A DNA stretch of 45,370 bases from an uncultured Candidatus Saccharibacteria bacterium (GCA_964452185.1 CAYVKO010000001.1:2945-48314), one strand, 5' to 3'. Positions 1 through 9,203 are shown, counted from the first letter of the stretch. The notes: generated by a model not told the origin, from the letters alone. Made by a program: numbers and translations.

Positions 1-39
1 GGCTTTGAGCAAAACCTGATAGAGATTAAACCCAGTCAT
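1..39 (-). CDS. possible 5' end of a CDS running off the window (MTGFNLYQVLLKA...)
   Basis: ATG at 39-37 on the minus strand, open to the window edge, divergent from the next gene; too short to identify. Confidence 0.3.
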   Translation of the reverse strand, partial: MTGFNLYQVLLKA

Positions 40-230
40 AAGTGAACGGATGTTGTGCTAAAGACAAAGAGGTTTCTGTCCACAAGTGTATAGAAAAGTC
101 CATCAGTAATAAAGGTGAAATACCAAACGAAAACAAAGAAAAGCTTTATTCCTTTGACACACAAGTAAATAGTTGTATAATCTGGTCAGAAATAACGCTC
201 GTTCAAAATCTCAAAACACTCCAGACAATT

Positions 231-1004
231 ATGTCAGCAAAATCGGACGACCCTCCTGTTTCTGAGCTGCTTGCAGAGCAGAAGAAAAAACATGAAAAAG
301 AAAAGGAAGACAAGGTAAGGACTCAAGAACAAGAGTTTTGCCGGATTTGGCAGCCTCTTGTTCAGGCTCCAGGCCAAGACTGGGAAGAGTTTGCTACGAA
401 GTTAGTGGCAACTGCAGTCTCGGAGAATATAGTTGGTTCTGACTACCAAGAGGATCTTTTTGAGCAGTTGATGTCTTGCGATATCAAGACTGTTTCTAAG
501 CAGCTACAATGGTCTCGAAATAAGTCTTCAAGAAGGTATCCTCGCTCGGAAGTCGAAAGTCCTGCTGATCTGATACGAAGGGAGTTATCGGTAAGGGGAA
601 TGCACGATAAGGACACTCCTGTGTACTGGAGAGTGAAAAAGCAAGAACTCCTTCACTCAGTGAAGAAAATTCTTGCTGCATCGTGGCTGCGATACTGCCA
701 TCAGGCGGACAAGGATAAGTACGTTGAGTGGATGAAAGGGTTCTTGCGAAACGGCGGCCAAATCGATTATTGGCGTGACCATGATTTGAGTGACGTGTCT
801 TTTCATTCAGTACATCCCATTCGCTCACCGGTAGTTCTTACTCCTTTCCATGGAGCTACAGCCGAAAGATTTGGGCGCTTAATTGTGCCTGAAAATGTGG
901 AGGCTGTAGGGGGCACAGGTCATATTCACGTGTATTACATGGAAGACTTCACTTGCAATCAGTCTGCGGAAATGTTCACTGACATAGAAGAGCGTATAAT
1001 GTAA
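231..1004 (+). CDS. hypothetical protein (257 aa from ATG 231)
   Basis: Long ORF (track 42..1004); ATG 231 after an AT-rich leader is the more plausible start; followed by an intrinsic terminator; no recognisable motif. Confidence 0.7.
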   Translation: MSAKSDDPPVSELLAEQKKKHEKEKEDKVRTQEQEFCRIWQPLVQAPGQDWEEFATKLVATAVSENIVGSDYQEDLFEQLMSCDIKTVSKQLQWSRNKSSRRYPRSEVESPADLIRRELSVRGMHDKDTPVYWRVKKQELLHSVKKILAASWLRYCHQADKDKYVEWMKGFLRNGGQIDYWRDHDLSDVSFHSVHPIRSPVVLTPFHGATAERFGRLIVPENVEAVGGTGHIHVYYMEDFTCNQSAEMFTDIEERIM

Positions 1005-1020
1005 CTTTCACTAAAATTTT

Positions 1021-1058
1021 CTGCCGCTTGGGTATACACTACCTAAGCGGCAGTTTTT
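1021..1058 (+). terminator. rho-independent terminator
   Basis: CTGCCGCTTGGGT-ATACACT-ACCTAAGCGGCAG followed by TTTTT. Confidence 0.85.
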
Positions 1059-1088
1059 ACTTTAGGAAGGATATGGTAGGAAGTAGCG

Positions 1089-1122
1089 TGTTATATAACA
1101 GGTAAAAGTTAGTTATATAACA
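1089..1122. promoter_or_regulatory. two palindromic GTTATATAAC boxes 22 bp apart
   Basis: TGTTATATAACA at 1089-1100 and AGTTATATAACA at 1111-1122. Confidence 0.45.
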
Positions 1123-1291
1123 GTTGGAGGCAGCACATGAGGATGTTTTTGTTTACGGACAGAGTTGATTTAGTCAGTTGCTAGCATTTTTGTTTGTAGT
1201 ATTACAGAGTTATCTTTTTACGGTGGTTATTATATCGACTAGAAGCTTCGTGTCTATGTGGAGTGTTGGTGTCAAGTAAATAGATAAGAGG

Positions 1292-1349
1292 TTATAAAAG
1301 AGGTTAAGGAGTGATACAATTAATCTACAAAAATGAGTGAAAGTAAAGG
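1292..1349 (+). repeat. 58-bp direct repeat, copy 1 (duplicate of the mazG-like promoter and first codons)
   Basis: 53/58 identical to 2935-2992 by manual alignment. Confidence 0.9.
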
Positions 1350-1462
1350 GTGGTTGTAGAAGGTGTTTTGCGAAGCCAAAAATGATCGAACTAAATTTGA
1401 AAGTGACTAACACTGGACTCCAGATGAAAGATGATGATATTGAATTTAAGATTATTTAAGAT

Positions 1463-2227
1463 ATGGTTACTGATGAATTTAAAAAAAATGTAGATGATAT
1501 CGATAGTATTTTTACAACGTCCAAACGGATAAAGAAAATTCACCAAAAGGCTTTGAAAAAAGTAAAAGATGACAAAGGCTTTATAAAATTAAGCTACAAG
1601 GTAAGGCAGAGTGTAAAAAACTTTATTGAAGCATCTAGTAAAGTGACAGAGAGTTCTATTGCAGCGTCTGAAGAAGAGAGTTGGTCAATGCTTTACTCTC
1701 AAGGTATTACCTTAATAGTTTCAGCGGCTGAGCAGCAATTAAAGACTCTTTTTGATCAATTGTTAAAGCAGAATCTTTCTGAGGTTGAAAATCTCGATAA
1801 AAAAGAAATTTCTCTTAAGAAGATACGAGAACGTAACTTTAATTTAGATCAAGAAGATTGGTTCGAGGTTATTCGTGATGAGCTTTATTCTGAAAATAAT
1901 CCTTCTGAATCACTCAATTTTCAAAATATGCAATCAATACAAGGCATTTTTGAGGGTTACTTTAATATAAATTTAGACCTAGGCGAAGACTTAAGAAAAA
2001 GACTACATAAGTATTATCAAATAAGGCATATTATTTTACATAATAATTCAAAAGTTGATCAGCGATTTTTGGATAATTTAGAAGCTGCTGATATATCGAC
2101 AGAGGGGTATAATCTAGGTGAACAGATTATTTTGAAGGAGAGTGATTATAAAGATGCTAAAGAAGCCTTTATGGATTTTTTTGAGAAACTGCAGAAAGTT
2201 GTTTTGGAGTCTGACGTAGAATATTAA
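1463..2227 (+). CDS. HEPN-domain-like protein (putative RNase)
   Basis: Helical protein with an Rx4H motif (RHIILH, in IRHIILHNNSKVD) near the C-terminus and an upstream Glu-containing helix (VSAAEQQL); AT-rich. Confidence 0.65.
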   Translation: MVTDEFKKNVDDIDSIFTTSKRIKKIHQKALKKVKDDKGFIKLSYKVRQSVKNFIEASSKVTESSIAASEEESWSMLYSQGITLIVSAAEQQLKTLFDQLLKQNLSEVENLDKKEISLKKIRERNFNLDQEDWFEVIRDELYSENNPSESLNFQNMQSIQGIFEGYFNINLDLGEDLRKRLHKYYQIRHIILHNNSKVDQRFLDNLEAADISTEGYNLGEQIILKESDYKDAKEAFMDFFEKLQKVVLESDVEY

Positions 2228-2397
2228 TATGAAGCTTAAATTCGATCTGGTCTTAGATTACCAACTTGACGCTATTCTAATCGAAAGAAGAATAGAGTGG
2301 TTTTTAATTCATATTCTACACTAGCTTTCTTTAAGGTTGACAGGTAGTCTATTAGAACTTACTTTTAAAAATGAGTTAATCAAATATATCTACAAAT

Positions 2398-2838
2398 ATG
2401 AAAAAAGTTGTAACGTCAGTCACAGTGATTTCTTTTGCTGCGTTGCTTTTTGTTCCGTTGCAGACCTTAGCTGCTGTACAGGTGGACGGATACTATCGCA
2501 GTGATGGCACGTATGTTGAACCACACTACCGATCTGATCCTGACGGTGTCGAGTCTAATAACTGGGGTACAGATGGAGTGGACGTAGATAACGACGGGTA
2601 TGGGGGAGGAGAACCGAATGATAGCTTCTACAGTTCAGGAGTTGACACTACTGATTTGTACAACGACTCCAGCTACGATACTTATGACTACAGCAATTCA
2701 TATGATTACGACTATGACTACTCTAGCTCATACGATAGTTACGATACTTATGACTATTCTAACTCGTATGACGACTATGATGCATCGTATGATTCGACAT
2801 ACGATAGTTTTGACTCAACGTACGACTACTCTTTCTAG
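2398..2838 (+). CDS. secreted protein with a VxGYYRxDGTYVxPHYR motif and a Tyr/Asp/Ser-rich repeat tail
   Basis: Signal peptide ending TLA-A; motif common in small secreted hypothetical proteins; YDTYDYSNSYD occurs twice. Confidence 0.85.
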   Translation: MKKVVTSVTVISFAALLFVPLQTLAAVQVDGYYRSDGTYVEPHYRSDPDGVESNNWGTDGVDVDNDGYGGGEPNDSFYSSGVDTTDLYNDSSYDTYDYSNSYDYDYDYSSSYDSYDTYDYSNSYDDYDASYDSTYDSFDSTYDYSF

Positions 2839-2866
2839 TTTAACTGTACTGGTTAAAGGCAAAGGT

Positions 2867-2895
2867 AAACCTCTACACATTTGTAGAGGTTTTTT
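2867..2895 (+). terminator. rho-independent terminator
   Basis: AAACCTCTACA-CATT-TGTAGAGGTTT plus T run. Confidence 0.85.
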
Positions 2896-2934
2896 AATTT
2901 CAGATGAAGGTTAAAATTTTGTATAAGAACATAA

Positions 2935-2992
2935 TTATAAAAGAAGTTAAAGAATGATATAATTAATCTACAAAAATGAGTAAAAGTAAAGG
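2935..2992 (+). repeat. 58-bp direct repeat, copy 2 (extended -10 TGaTATAAT and mazG-like start)
   Basis: 53/58 identical to 1292-1349. Confidence 0.9.
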
Positions 2993-3344
2993 ATCAAAAA
3001 AGGGGTTAGAGAAACTTACTAAATTGGTGATAGATTTTCGCAATGAACGAAATTGGAAGCAGTTTCATAACCCGAAAGATGTTGCGCTTTCTTTAGCTTT
3101 GGAGGCGGCGGAAGTTATCGAGCACTTTCAGTGGAAAGAAGAAGATGAAATTGAAGAATATATAGAAAACAATAAAGAAGAAATCGGCCATGAACTTGCC
3201 GATGTTTTTTACTGGATACTGCTTTTATCACACGATCTTGATATCAATTTGTCTGAAGCACTACAAAAGAAGATGGAAGAGAATGCTGAAAAGTATCCTG
3301 TAGATAAAGCAAAGGGGAGTCATGATAAATATACAGACTTGTAA
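2976..3344 (+). CDS. MazG-like nucleotide pyrophosphohydrolase (dCTP pyrophosphatase type)
   Basis: FRNERNWKQFHNPKD, EAAEVIEHFQW, ELADV and NAEKYP motifs. Confidence 0.92.
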   Translation: MSKSKGSKKGLEKLTKLVIDFRNERNWKQFHNPKDVALSLALEAAEVIEHFQWKEEDEIEEYIENNKEEIGHELADVFYWILLLSHDLDINLSEALQKKMEENAEKYPVDKAKGSHDKYTDL

Positions 3345-3346
3345 GT

Positions 3347-4915
3347 ATGTCAGAAATTAAAACCTACGAATTCGATACTGAGGATATTCATATGGTCAAA
3401 GATGAACCGCACGGAACTGATTGGCCGGTAGTGTATTTAATTGAAGATGGTAACGAAATATATATTGGTGAAACAGCCACTTTGTACAATCGTCTAAAAA
3501 ATCATAAGAAAAATCCTGATCGAGAGTACTTAGAAAATTTCCACTACGTTAGTGATGATGAGTTTAATAAGTCAGCCACTTTAGACATTGAGTCATGGCT
3601 AATTCAGTATATTTCCGCAGACGGAAACTACGATATTTTGAACGGAAATGGTGGCATGCAGAACCATGATTATTATGAGCGTGATTTGTACCGAGCAAAG
3701 TTCGAGAAAATTTGGGAGAAACTCCAAGACTACTCTATTGCCGACCGTGATTTAGTTCAAATTAAAAATGATGATCTTTTCAAATATTCTCCCTATAAGT
3801 CGCTGACCGATGAGCAGATTGAGATCGTAAATGAATTGTTCGAAAGCATTACCTCAGAAGATAGAACAAGTACCCATCTAATTGAAGGTGAACCTGGGAC
3901 AGGGAAGACCGTACTCGCAACGTATCTAATTAAACACCTTCAAGAGAAAGAAGAAACAAAAGATCTACAGGTTGGTTTAGTCGTTCCGATGACTTCACTT
4001 CGTCGCACGATTGAGAAAGTGTTCGTGAATACTTCTGGTCTGAGAGCTAATATGGTGCTTGGTCCAGGAGAGGTTGTTAATGCTGGATATGATGTACTAA
4101 TAGTTGATGAGGCGCACCGACTCAAACAAAGAAAAGGAATTACTAATTACGGAGCTTTCGATAATAATAATAAGGAACTTGGCTTAGGTAAAAATGGCAC
4201 GCAGCTGGATTGGATGCTGATGTGTTCAGACACCCAAATTCTACTATATGACGAAGGCCAATCAATTCGGCCAGCTGATGTAGAGAGAAAGAAGTTTAAA
4301 AATCTGCAAGCTGATTGGCATATACTTGAGAACCAAATGCGTGTTGAAGGGGGTAGAGAATACGTTCAGATGATCGATGATTTATTTGATGGCAGCCCAA
4401 GTGAGTGCGACATTTCTGGCTATGACTTTAAGATTTATGATGATATTTGCCAGATGGTTTCAGATATTAAAAAGAAAAATGAAGAAGTTGGATTGTCACG
4501 TGTGGCGGCTGGCTTTGCATGGGAATGGAAAAGCAGGCATGAATCTGAGGTGTATGATATTGAAATAGATGGTCTGCAGTTGCGGTGGAATAGCACGACA
4601 CAGAATTGGGTTAATTCTGAGAACGCTATAAATGAGGTTGGTTGTATTCATACTGTTCAAGGGTATGATCTTAACTATGCAGGAATAATAGTTGGGCCTG
4701 ATCTTAGCTACGACTCTGAAGCAGAAGAGTTCGTAGTTCAAAAAGAAAATTATCATGACAAAAAAGGGCATTATGGGGTTGAAGATTCAGAGGAACTGAA
4801 GCGGTATATCATTAATGTTTACAAAACTCTTCTTACTCGAGGTATAAAAGGCACTTATGTATATTTTTGTGATGAGAGAATAAAGAAATATTTTAAGAAT
4901 GAAATAGATATGTAG
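3347..4915 (+). CDS. GIY-YIG nuclease domain fused to a DUF2075 (Schlafen group-3-like) helicase
   Basis: N-terminal VVYLIE...IYIGET...RLKNH; Walker A GEPGTGKT; Walker B IVDEAHRL; QMRV, HTVQGYDLNY and LLTRG motifs; starts 2 nt after the mazG-like stop. Confidence 0.88.
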   Translation: MSEIKTYEFDTEDIHMVKDEPHGTDWPVVYLIEDGNEIYIGETATLYNRLKNHKKNPDREYLENFHYVSDDEFNKSATLDIESWLIQYISADGNYDILNGNGGMQNHDYYERDLYRAKFEKIWEKLQDYSIADRDLVQIKNDDLFKYSPYKSLTDEQIEIVNELFESITSEDRTSTHLIEGEPGTGKTVLATYLIKHLQEKEETKDLQVGLVVPMTSLRRTIEKVFVNTSGLRANMVLGPGEVVNAGYDVLIVDEAHRLKQRKGITNYGAFDNNNKELGLGKNGTQLDWMLMCSDTQILLYDEGQSIRPADVERKKFKNLQADWHILENQMRVEGGREYVQMIDDLFDGSPSECDISGYDFKIYDDICQMVSDIKKKNEEVGLSRVAAGFAWEWKSRHESEVYDIEIDGLQLRWNSTTQNWVNSENAINEVGCIHTVQGYDLNYAGIIVGPDLSYDSEAEEFVVQKENYHDKKGHYGVEDSEELKRYIINVYKTLLTRGIKGTYVYFCDERIKKYFKNEIDM

Positions 4916-5012
4916 AAGTATTTTTATTTATGTGTTCTCACTTTGTTTCATTTCTATCAGTGTAGCCTATAGGTGCTATAATCAAATTAAAATAAAGCAG
5001 ACGTATAAATTT

Positions 5013-6398
5013 ATGAAAAAGTGTCCACATTGCACAAAAAAGATTCAAGAAGATACGAAGCGGTGTAACTATTGCAAGCATTCGTTAGTGACTGATGCAG
5101 AATCAAGTTCAGGATTAGGTCGGGTTGCTGGGTGGATAGCAGGCACTCTCTTCACTATTTCTGCTTTTGGGGCATTTATTTCAGGAGAAATTCTGGGAGG
5201 GATTTTAGTTCTCTCTGCTGGCCTGTTGGCGTTACCTCCAGTATTCCAATTTATTTTAAGCAAATCAAAGATATCAATTTCACGACGTGCCAGTGTGGCG
5301 ATTATAGTGCTACTAGTATTAGGAGTTGGGGTAGTAGCAGATTCAGGGGAAAATTCAGACACTCCTAGTCAGTCAAGACAACTTGTTAATGACACTGTTT
5401 CTCAGGAAGATGTAGAAAATATACAGTCTACTACCTCTGAACCTGAAAAAGCAGCAACCACTTCAACATCTACAGATGAAGTAGATAAAAAAGAAACAAC
5501 ATCTAACTCAGAAGAGGAAGCCGAAGAAGAATCCAGTACTGACTCTCAAGCAGGCAATACCGAAGAGGTTGCAGACTCAACCGAAACTGAAGAAACAGAA
5601 GAGGGTAATGAAAACGAAGAGGTGGCAGGTGCTCAAGCCGAAGCCGAGACACAAAACCAAGCAACAGTAACGAGAATTGTTGACGGAGATACTGTAGAAG
5701 TGACACTTGCTGACGAAACACAAGAAACCCTTCGCCTTATAGGTATTGATACACCAGAAACAAAACACCCATCAAAACCTGTAGAATGCTTCGGTAACCA
5801 AGCAACCCAAAAGGCCCGAAGCCTTCTTTCTGAAAAACAAATAACACTTGAGTACGATGACTCTCAAGGAAGATACGATAAATACAATCGACTGCTTACT
5901 TACGCAATCCTTCCTGACGGAACCAACTTCAACAAAGCAATGATAGAACAAGGGTATGCATATGAATACACCTATAACGTGCCATACAAGTATCAAGGTA
6001 AGTTTAAGGATGCAGAACGCTCTGCACGTCTGAATGAACGTGGCTTGTGGGCACCTGATACTTGTGACGGTGAAAGAAATACCACTGAAGAAGAAAGTAC
6101 TTCTTCTGGTGATAGTTCGGAAGCTGATTCTCAGACGACTAATGACGACACTGCTTCTTCAGAGAGTGACTATTCAAGCAGCGATGAAGATCAGGATTAC
6201 GAAGAGCAGGAGAACGAGGAAGAGGGGGCTGAGCAGGAAGAATCAGGCAACTACGAGTGCTCTTATGACAAGTATAACTGCGGAGATTTTAACACCCATA
6301 ATGAAGCTCAGAGTATTTATGAAGCATGCGGAGGAACAAGTAATGACATTCATGGACTTGATGGAGACGGAGATGGGGAGGCTTGTGAATCGTTGTAA
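5013..6398 (+). CDS. membrane-anchored thermonuclease (SNase) with N-terminal zinc ribbon and C-terminal Excalibur-like Ca-binding domain
   Basis: CPHC..CNYC; about 3 TM segments; acidic linker; VDGDT, RLIGIDTPE and DKYNRLL SNase motifs; YNCGDF...LDGDGDGEACE; ATG 5013 preferred over 4932. Confidence 0.9.
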   Translation: MKKCPHCTKKIQEDTKRCNYCKHSLVTDAESSSGLGRVAGWIAGTLFTISAFGAFISGEILGGILVLSAGLLALPPVFQFILSKSKISISRRASVAIIVLLVLGVGVVADSGENSDTPSQSRQLVNDTVSQEDVENIQSTTSEPEKAATTSTSTDEVDKKETTSNSEEEAEEESSTDSQAGNTEEVADSTETEETEEGNENEEVAGAQAEAETQNQATVTRIVDGDTVEVTLADETQETLRLIGIDTPETKHPSKPVECFGNQATQKARSLLSEKQITLEYDDSQGRYDKYNRLLTYAILPDGTNFNKAMIEQGYAYEYTYNVPYKYQGKFKDAERSARLNERGLWAPDTCDGERNTTEEESTSSGDSSEADSQTTNDDTASSESDYSSSDEDQDYEEQENEEEGAEQEESGNYECSYDKYNCGDFNTHNEAQSIYEACGGTSNDIHGLDGDGDGEACESL

Positions 6399-6452
6399 AA
6401 AGAAGAAAAAGTGAAAGATGAAGATGGCTAGTATGCGATATCATAAATTTGT

Positions 6453-6917
6453 ATGGATAGCACAAAGAAAATTCTGATAACAGGCATTCCAGGTACAGGA
6501 AAAACAACAATAGGTAATTATTTAGAAGCGAACTGTGATTTTGATCACATTGATCTGGAGTCAAAGAAAGGTAAAAGACTCCTTCGGAACCTTCAACAGC
6601 TTGTCAAAGCTTTATCTAACCTGGATAAAAATACTGTCGTTACATGGGGATTTCCTCCAAGCCAGAACGGAGTAGATCTCGTAAGGGCTATCAAAAAAGA
6701 AATGGGATTCGAACTCTTCTGGTTTGAAGGTAACAGGCAAGCTGCCAGAAAGGTCTTCAACGAGCGTGGAACGGTAAGAGAGGAGTTGTTGGACAAACAA
6801 CTGAAGGGTATACAACAGTTTGAGGTAGTAGAAAAGATAGATCCAATAGTTTACTCGCCCTTTAAGGCTAATGGAGAGTTTAAGCCCAAAGAGGAGATTG
6901 TTGAGGAAATTCTTTAA
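6453..6917 (+). CDS. small P-loop (nucleoside/nucleotide kinase-like) protein
   Basis: ILITGIPGTGKTT at the N-terminus; 154 aa. Confidence 0.75.
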   Translation: MDSTKKILITGIPGTGKTTIGNYLEANCDFDHIDLESKKGKRLLRNLQQLVKALSNLDKNTVVTWGFPPSQNGVDLVRAIKKEMGFELFWFEGNRQAARKVFNERGTVREELLDKQLKGIQQFEVVEKIDPIVYSPFKANGEFKPKEEIVEEIL

Positions 6918-7077
6918 CATTTTTCAGAATCCTGAAAAATGATGGTGCGGGGGCTGATTTGTTGTCTTAAGTCATAGTACGTCGTGGTAACTCAATTCTT
7001 TTTCTAATTCATTCCAATTAATTGTTCTAAACGCTTTCAATTCCTGGAGCCGAATTGTAAAGTATGTTACAAGCAAG

Positions 7078-7125
7078 AAAAAGAATTATATAATAAGTTA
7101 TATAATCGATTATATAATTCTTTTT
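7078..7125. repeat. inverted repeat containing three RTTATATAAT boxes at a 12-bp period
   Basis: AAAAAGAATTATATAAT (7078-7094) pairs with ATTATATAATTCTTTTT (7109-7125); boxes at 7085, 7097 and 7109. Confidence 0.7.
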
Positions 7126-7220
7126 GCGGCTATTACTACAGCATAGTAGTGAATAACTGACCAATCAGCGGTGTGCTATGGTGCAGAGTGTAATCTCAAG
7201 AACCTTAAAGCAGTTTTTAC

Positions 7221-8330
7221 ATGCATCAAATCATACAGAAGTTTGCGGTATTTTCGCTTGCGTTTTTACTATCGATAGGCGGAGTACTTGTCATTACAAG
7301 CAGTAGTGCGTCTGCGCAAGGAACTTTGACGCCACGTAGTGAAATGGAAGAAACCGACAAGCGTACTGAAGATAACGACGACGAAGACATTGATGTGTCC
7401 GGAGATAATGATGAGCTTCCGGTGCCGGTCCTTTTCGGTGTGCCGGTTGATGAGATCCATTCAAGCTTTGGTGATCCGCGCGGTGGTGGGTCAAGAAGTC
7501 ATGAAGGGTTAGACATGCTGGCTCCGGCTGGCACACCGGTGGTATCGCCGACTGATGCCGAAATAGAGCGGATTGGTAGCTGGAGTGGGGCTGGGCAGTT
7601 CGTGATTACTCAGGCAGGTGGTGAAGAGTTTCGCTACTTCCATCTTGCAGACCAGGCAAGCTATCTCGATGAGGGCGAAGATATTGAGGCTGGTGATTTG
7701 ATCGGGTTTGTAGGCTCAAGTGGAAATGCTACTGCGGATACGCCGCACTTGCACTTAGAGATCCGGGATGATGGAGAGCCGATTGACCCGTATCCGCGAG
7801 TCACACAAGACTTCACTTTGGAAGAGAAGATGGACATTCTTGCAAACGTTTTTGGAGACGTGAGGGATGAAGAAGAATTGGCTGAGTTTTTAGCTGATAA
7901 GTTCGCTTCTGTGTTTACGCAGGCTAACCTGCAAAATACTGAGATACCAGAAGAAGTTGCCGAAGAGCTTCCGGAGAGCAGTACCGATACATCACTACCA
8001 AGTCGAGATCTATCCGTTGGATCCCGTGGTGCTGGTGTGACCGCGCTGCAAAGCCGGCTTATCGCTGAAGGGTTTTTGGATATTAATAACCCGACCGGTT
8101 ACTTCGGCCCGCTGACAAAAACAGCTTTAGCGGAGTATCAGCAGGCAAATGGTATCGATCCGGCTTCCGGGTACTACGGCCCGATTACCCGATCCCAGAT
8201 GACTAACGCAAGCGACTCAAATGATGCAGGCGATGATACCGAGAATATGAGTCGTGAGGATATGCTTGATCGTATCAATACCCTGCAGGAACAACTAGAT
8301 ACACTGCAAGCGCAGGTGGGAGCGCAGTAA
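7221..8330 (+). CDS. M23 metallopeptidase with C-terminal peptidoglycan-binding domain
   Basis: Signal peptide; HEGLD (HxxxD) and HLH motifs; PG_binding_1-like LSVGSRGAGVTALQ..GYFGPLT..YQ..GYYGPIT. Confidence 0.9.
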   Translation: MHQIIQKFAVFSLAFLLSIGGVLVITSSSASAQGTLTPRSEMEETDKRTEDNDDEDIDVSGDNDELPVPVLFGVPVDEIHSSFGDPRGGGSRSHEGLDMLAPAGTPVVSPTDAEIERIGSWSGAGQFVITQAGGEEFRYFHLADQASYLDEGEDIEAGDLIGFVGSSGNATADTPHLHLEIRDDGEPIDPYPRVTQDFTLEEKMDILANVFGDVRDEEELAEFLADKFASVFTQANLQNTEIPEEVAEELPESSTDTSLPSRDLSVGSRGAGVTALQSRLIAEGFLDINNPTGYFGPLTKTALAEYQQANGIDPASGYYGPITRSQMTNASDSNDAGDDTENMSREDMLDRINTLQEQLDTLQAQVGAQ

Positions 8331-8450
8331 CTTAGTGTGTAAGAGTAGATCGGTATATAACCACAGTTGTGCTTTTTGTTGAGAGATGGTTTAATAATGC
8401 CAGAAATTACATCTTAATGCTTTTTTCACAAACCGGTTGGAGGTGCTGGT

Positions 8451-9203
8451 ATGATTGGTATTCAGACTATTCTCAAAACGCTTGCAGAAACAGACTTTGA
8501 CCGAGAGAAAGCCTGGTACTTACTTTTAGCGAAGACACAGGACGCTGCGGAGAAATTTGAGGAGGGGCGGTTGTACCCTCATTTAGCTCAACTGGTGAAA
8601 GCGCACCGGAGCCTGTCGGAGGTTAGAGAGGAGTTAGAAAGAAAATATGAAGCCGTGAAGGATAAGAAGGAGGTTGTCGATATAGACTGGGAGAAGGGTG
8701 TTCTTGAACGAGAGTCAGTAAGCAATCGAGATCTTTTTGATATCAACGATGTTGAGAAAGTGGTATCAGTATTCGTATTAGTGGATGAAATGCTAGGAAG
8801 GGTCGAATCGCTCATAAAGCATGGCAAAAGTGTATTCGACGATGTGGAAGAAAAGACTGAGATTGAAACAGTCGGGATCGTCCCGTCATATCGCAAAGAA
8901 GGATACATGTTTATCCCCGACAAGGAGCTGAGTGAGCTGCATATCGAACGCTACACACTTTTTTCCGTGAGGAAGTCGGGCGAATCGTATGCAGGGCTGA
9001 AGACGAGTTCGGTCAAACAGGTTTCTATGGAGCCTGCCGGTCAATCGCTTAGCGATATAAAGCTTGACCTGCTTGAAGAACGGCAAGACTTGCCGAATCC
9101 GGCTACTTTTTACTTTGCTACTGACGCGACTGTTCCGCTTGAGGAGACCCTTCTTCCGGTAACCAAACGAATGTTTATGCGCCATCTTAAGAATGAGCCG
9201 TAG
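8451..9203 (+). CDS. hypothetical protein
   Basis: 250-aa ORF with its own terminator; no functional motif recognised. Confidence 0.8.
   Translation: MIGIQTILKTLAETDFDREKAWYLLLAKTQDAAEKFEEGRLYPHLAQLVKAHRSLSEVREELERKYEAVKDKKEVVDIDWEKGVLERESVSNRDLFDINDVEKVVSVFVLVDEMLGRVESLIKHGKSVFDDVEEKTEIETVGIVPSYRKEGYMFIPDKELSELHIERYTLFSVRKSGESYAGLKTSSVKQVSMEPAGQSLSDIKLDLLEERQDLPNPATFYFATDATVPLEETLLPVTKRMFMRHLKNEP

Noticed and set aside
42-230. Extended N-termini given by the ORF track (also at 4932, 16233, 16325, 35831, 44059)
   Set aside because: The extensions run through promoter-like AT-rich DNA or overlap divergent genes; downstream ATGs fit the domain starts better.
1080-1260. Integron attC/attI site
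   Set aside because: GTTRRRY-like words are present, but I see no matching RYYYAAC-bounded long hairpin and no intI gene.
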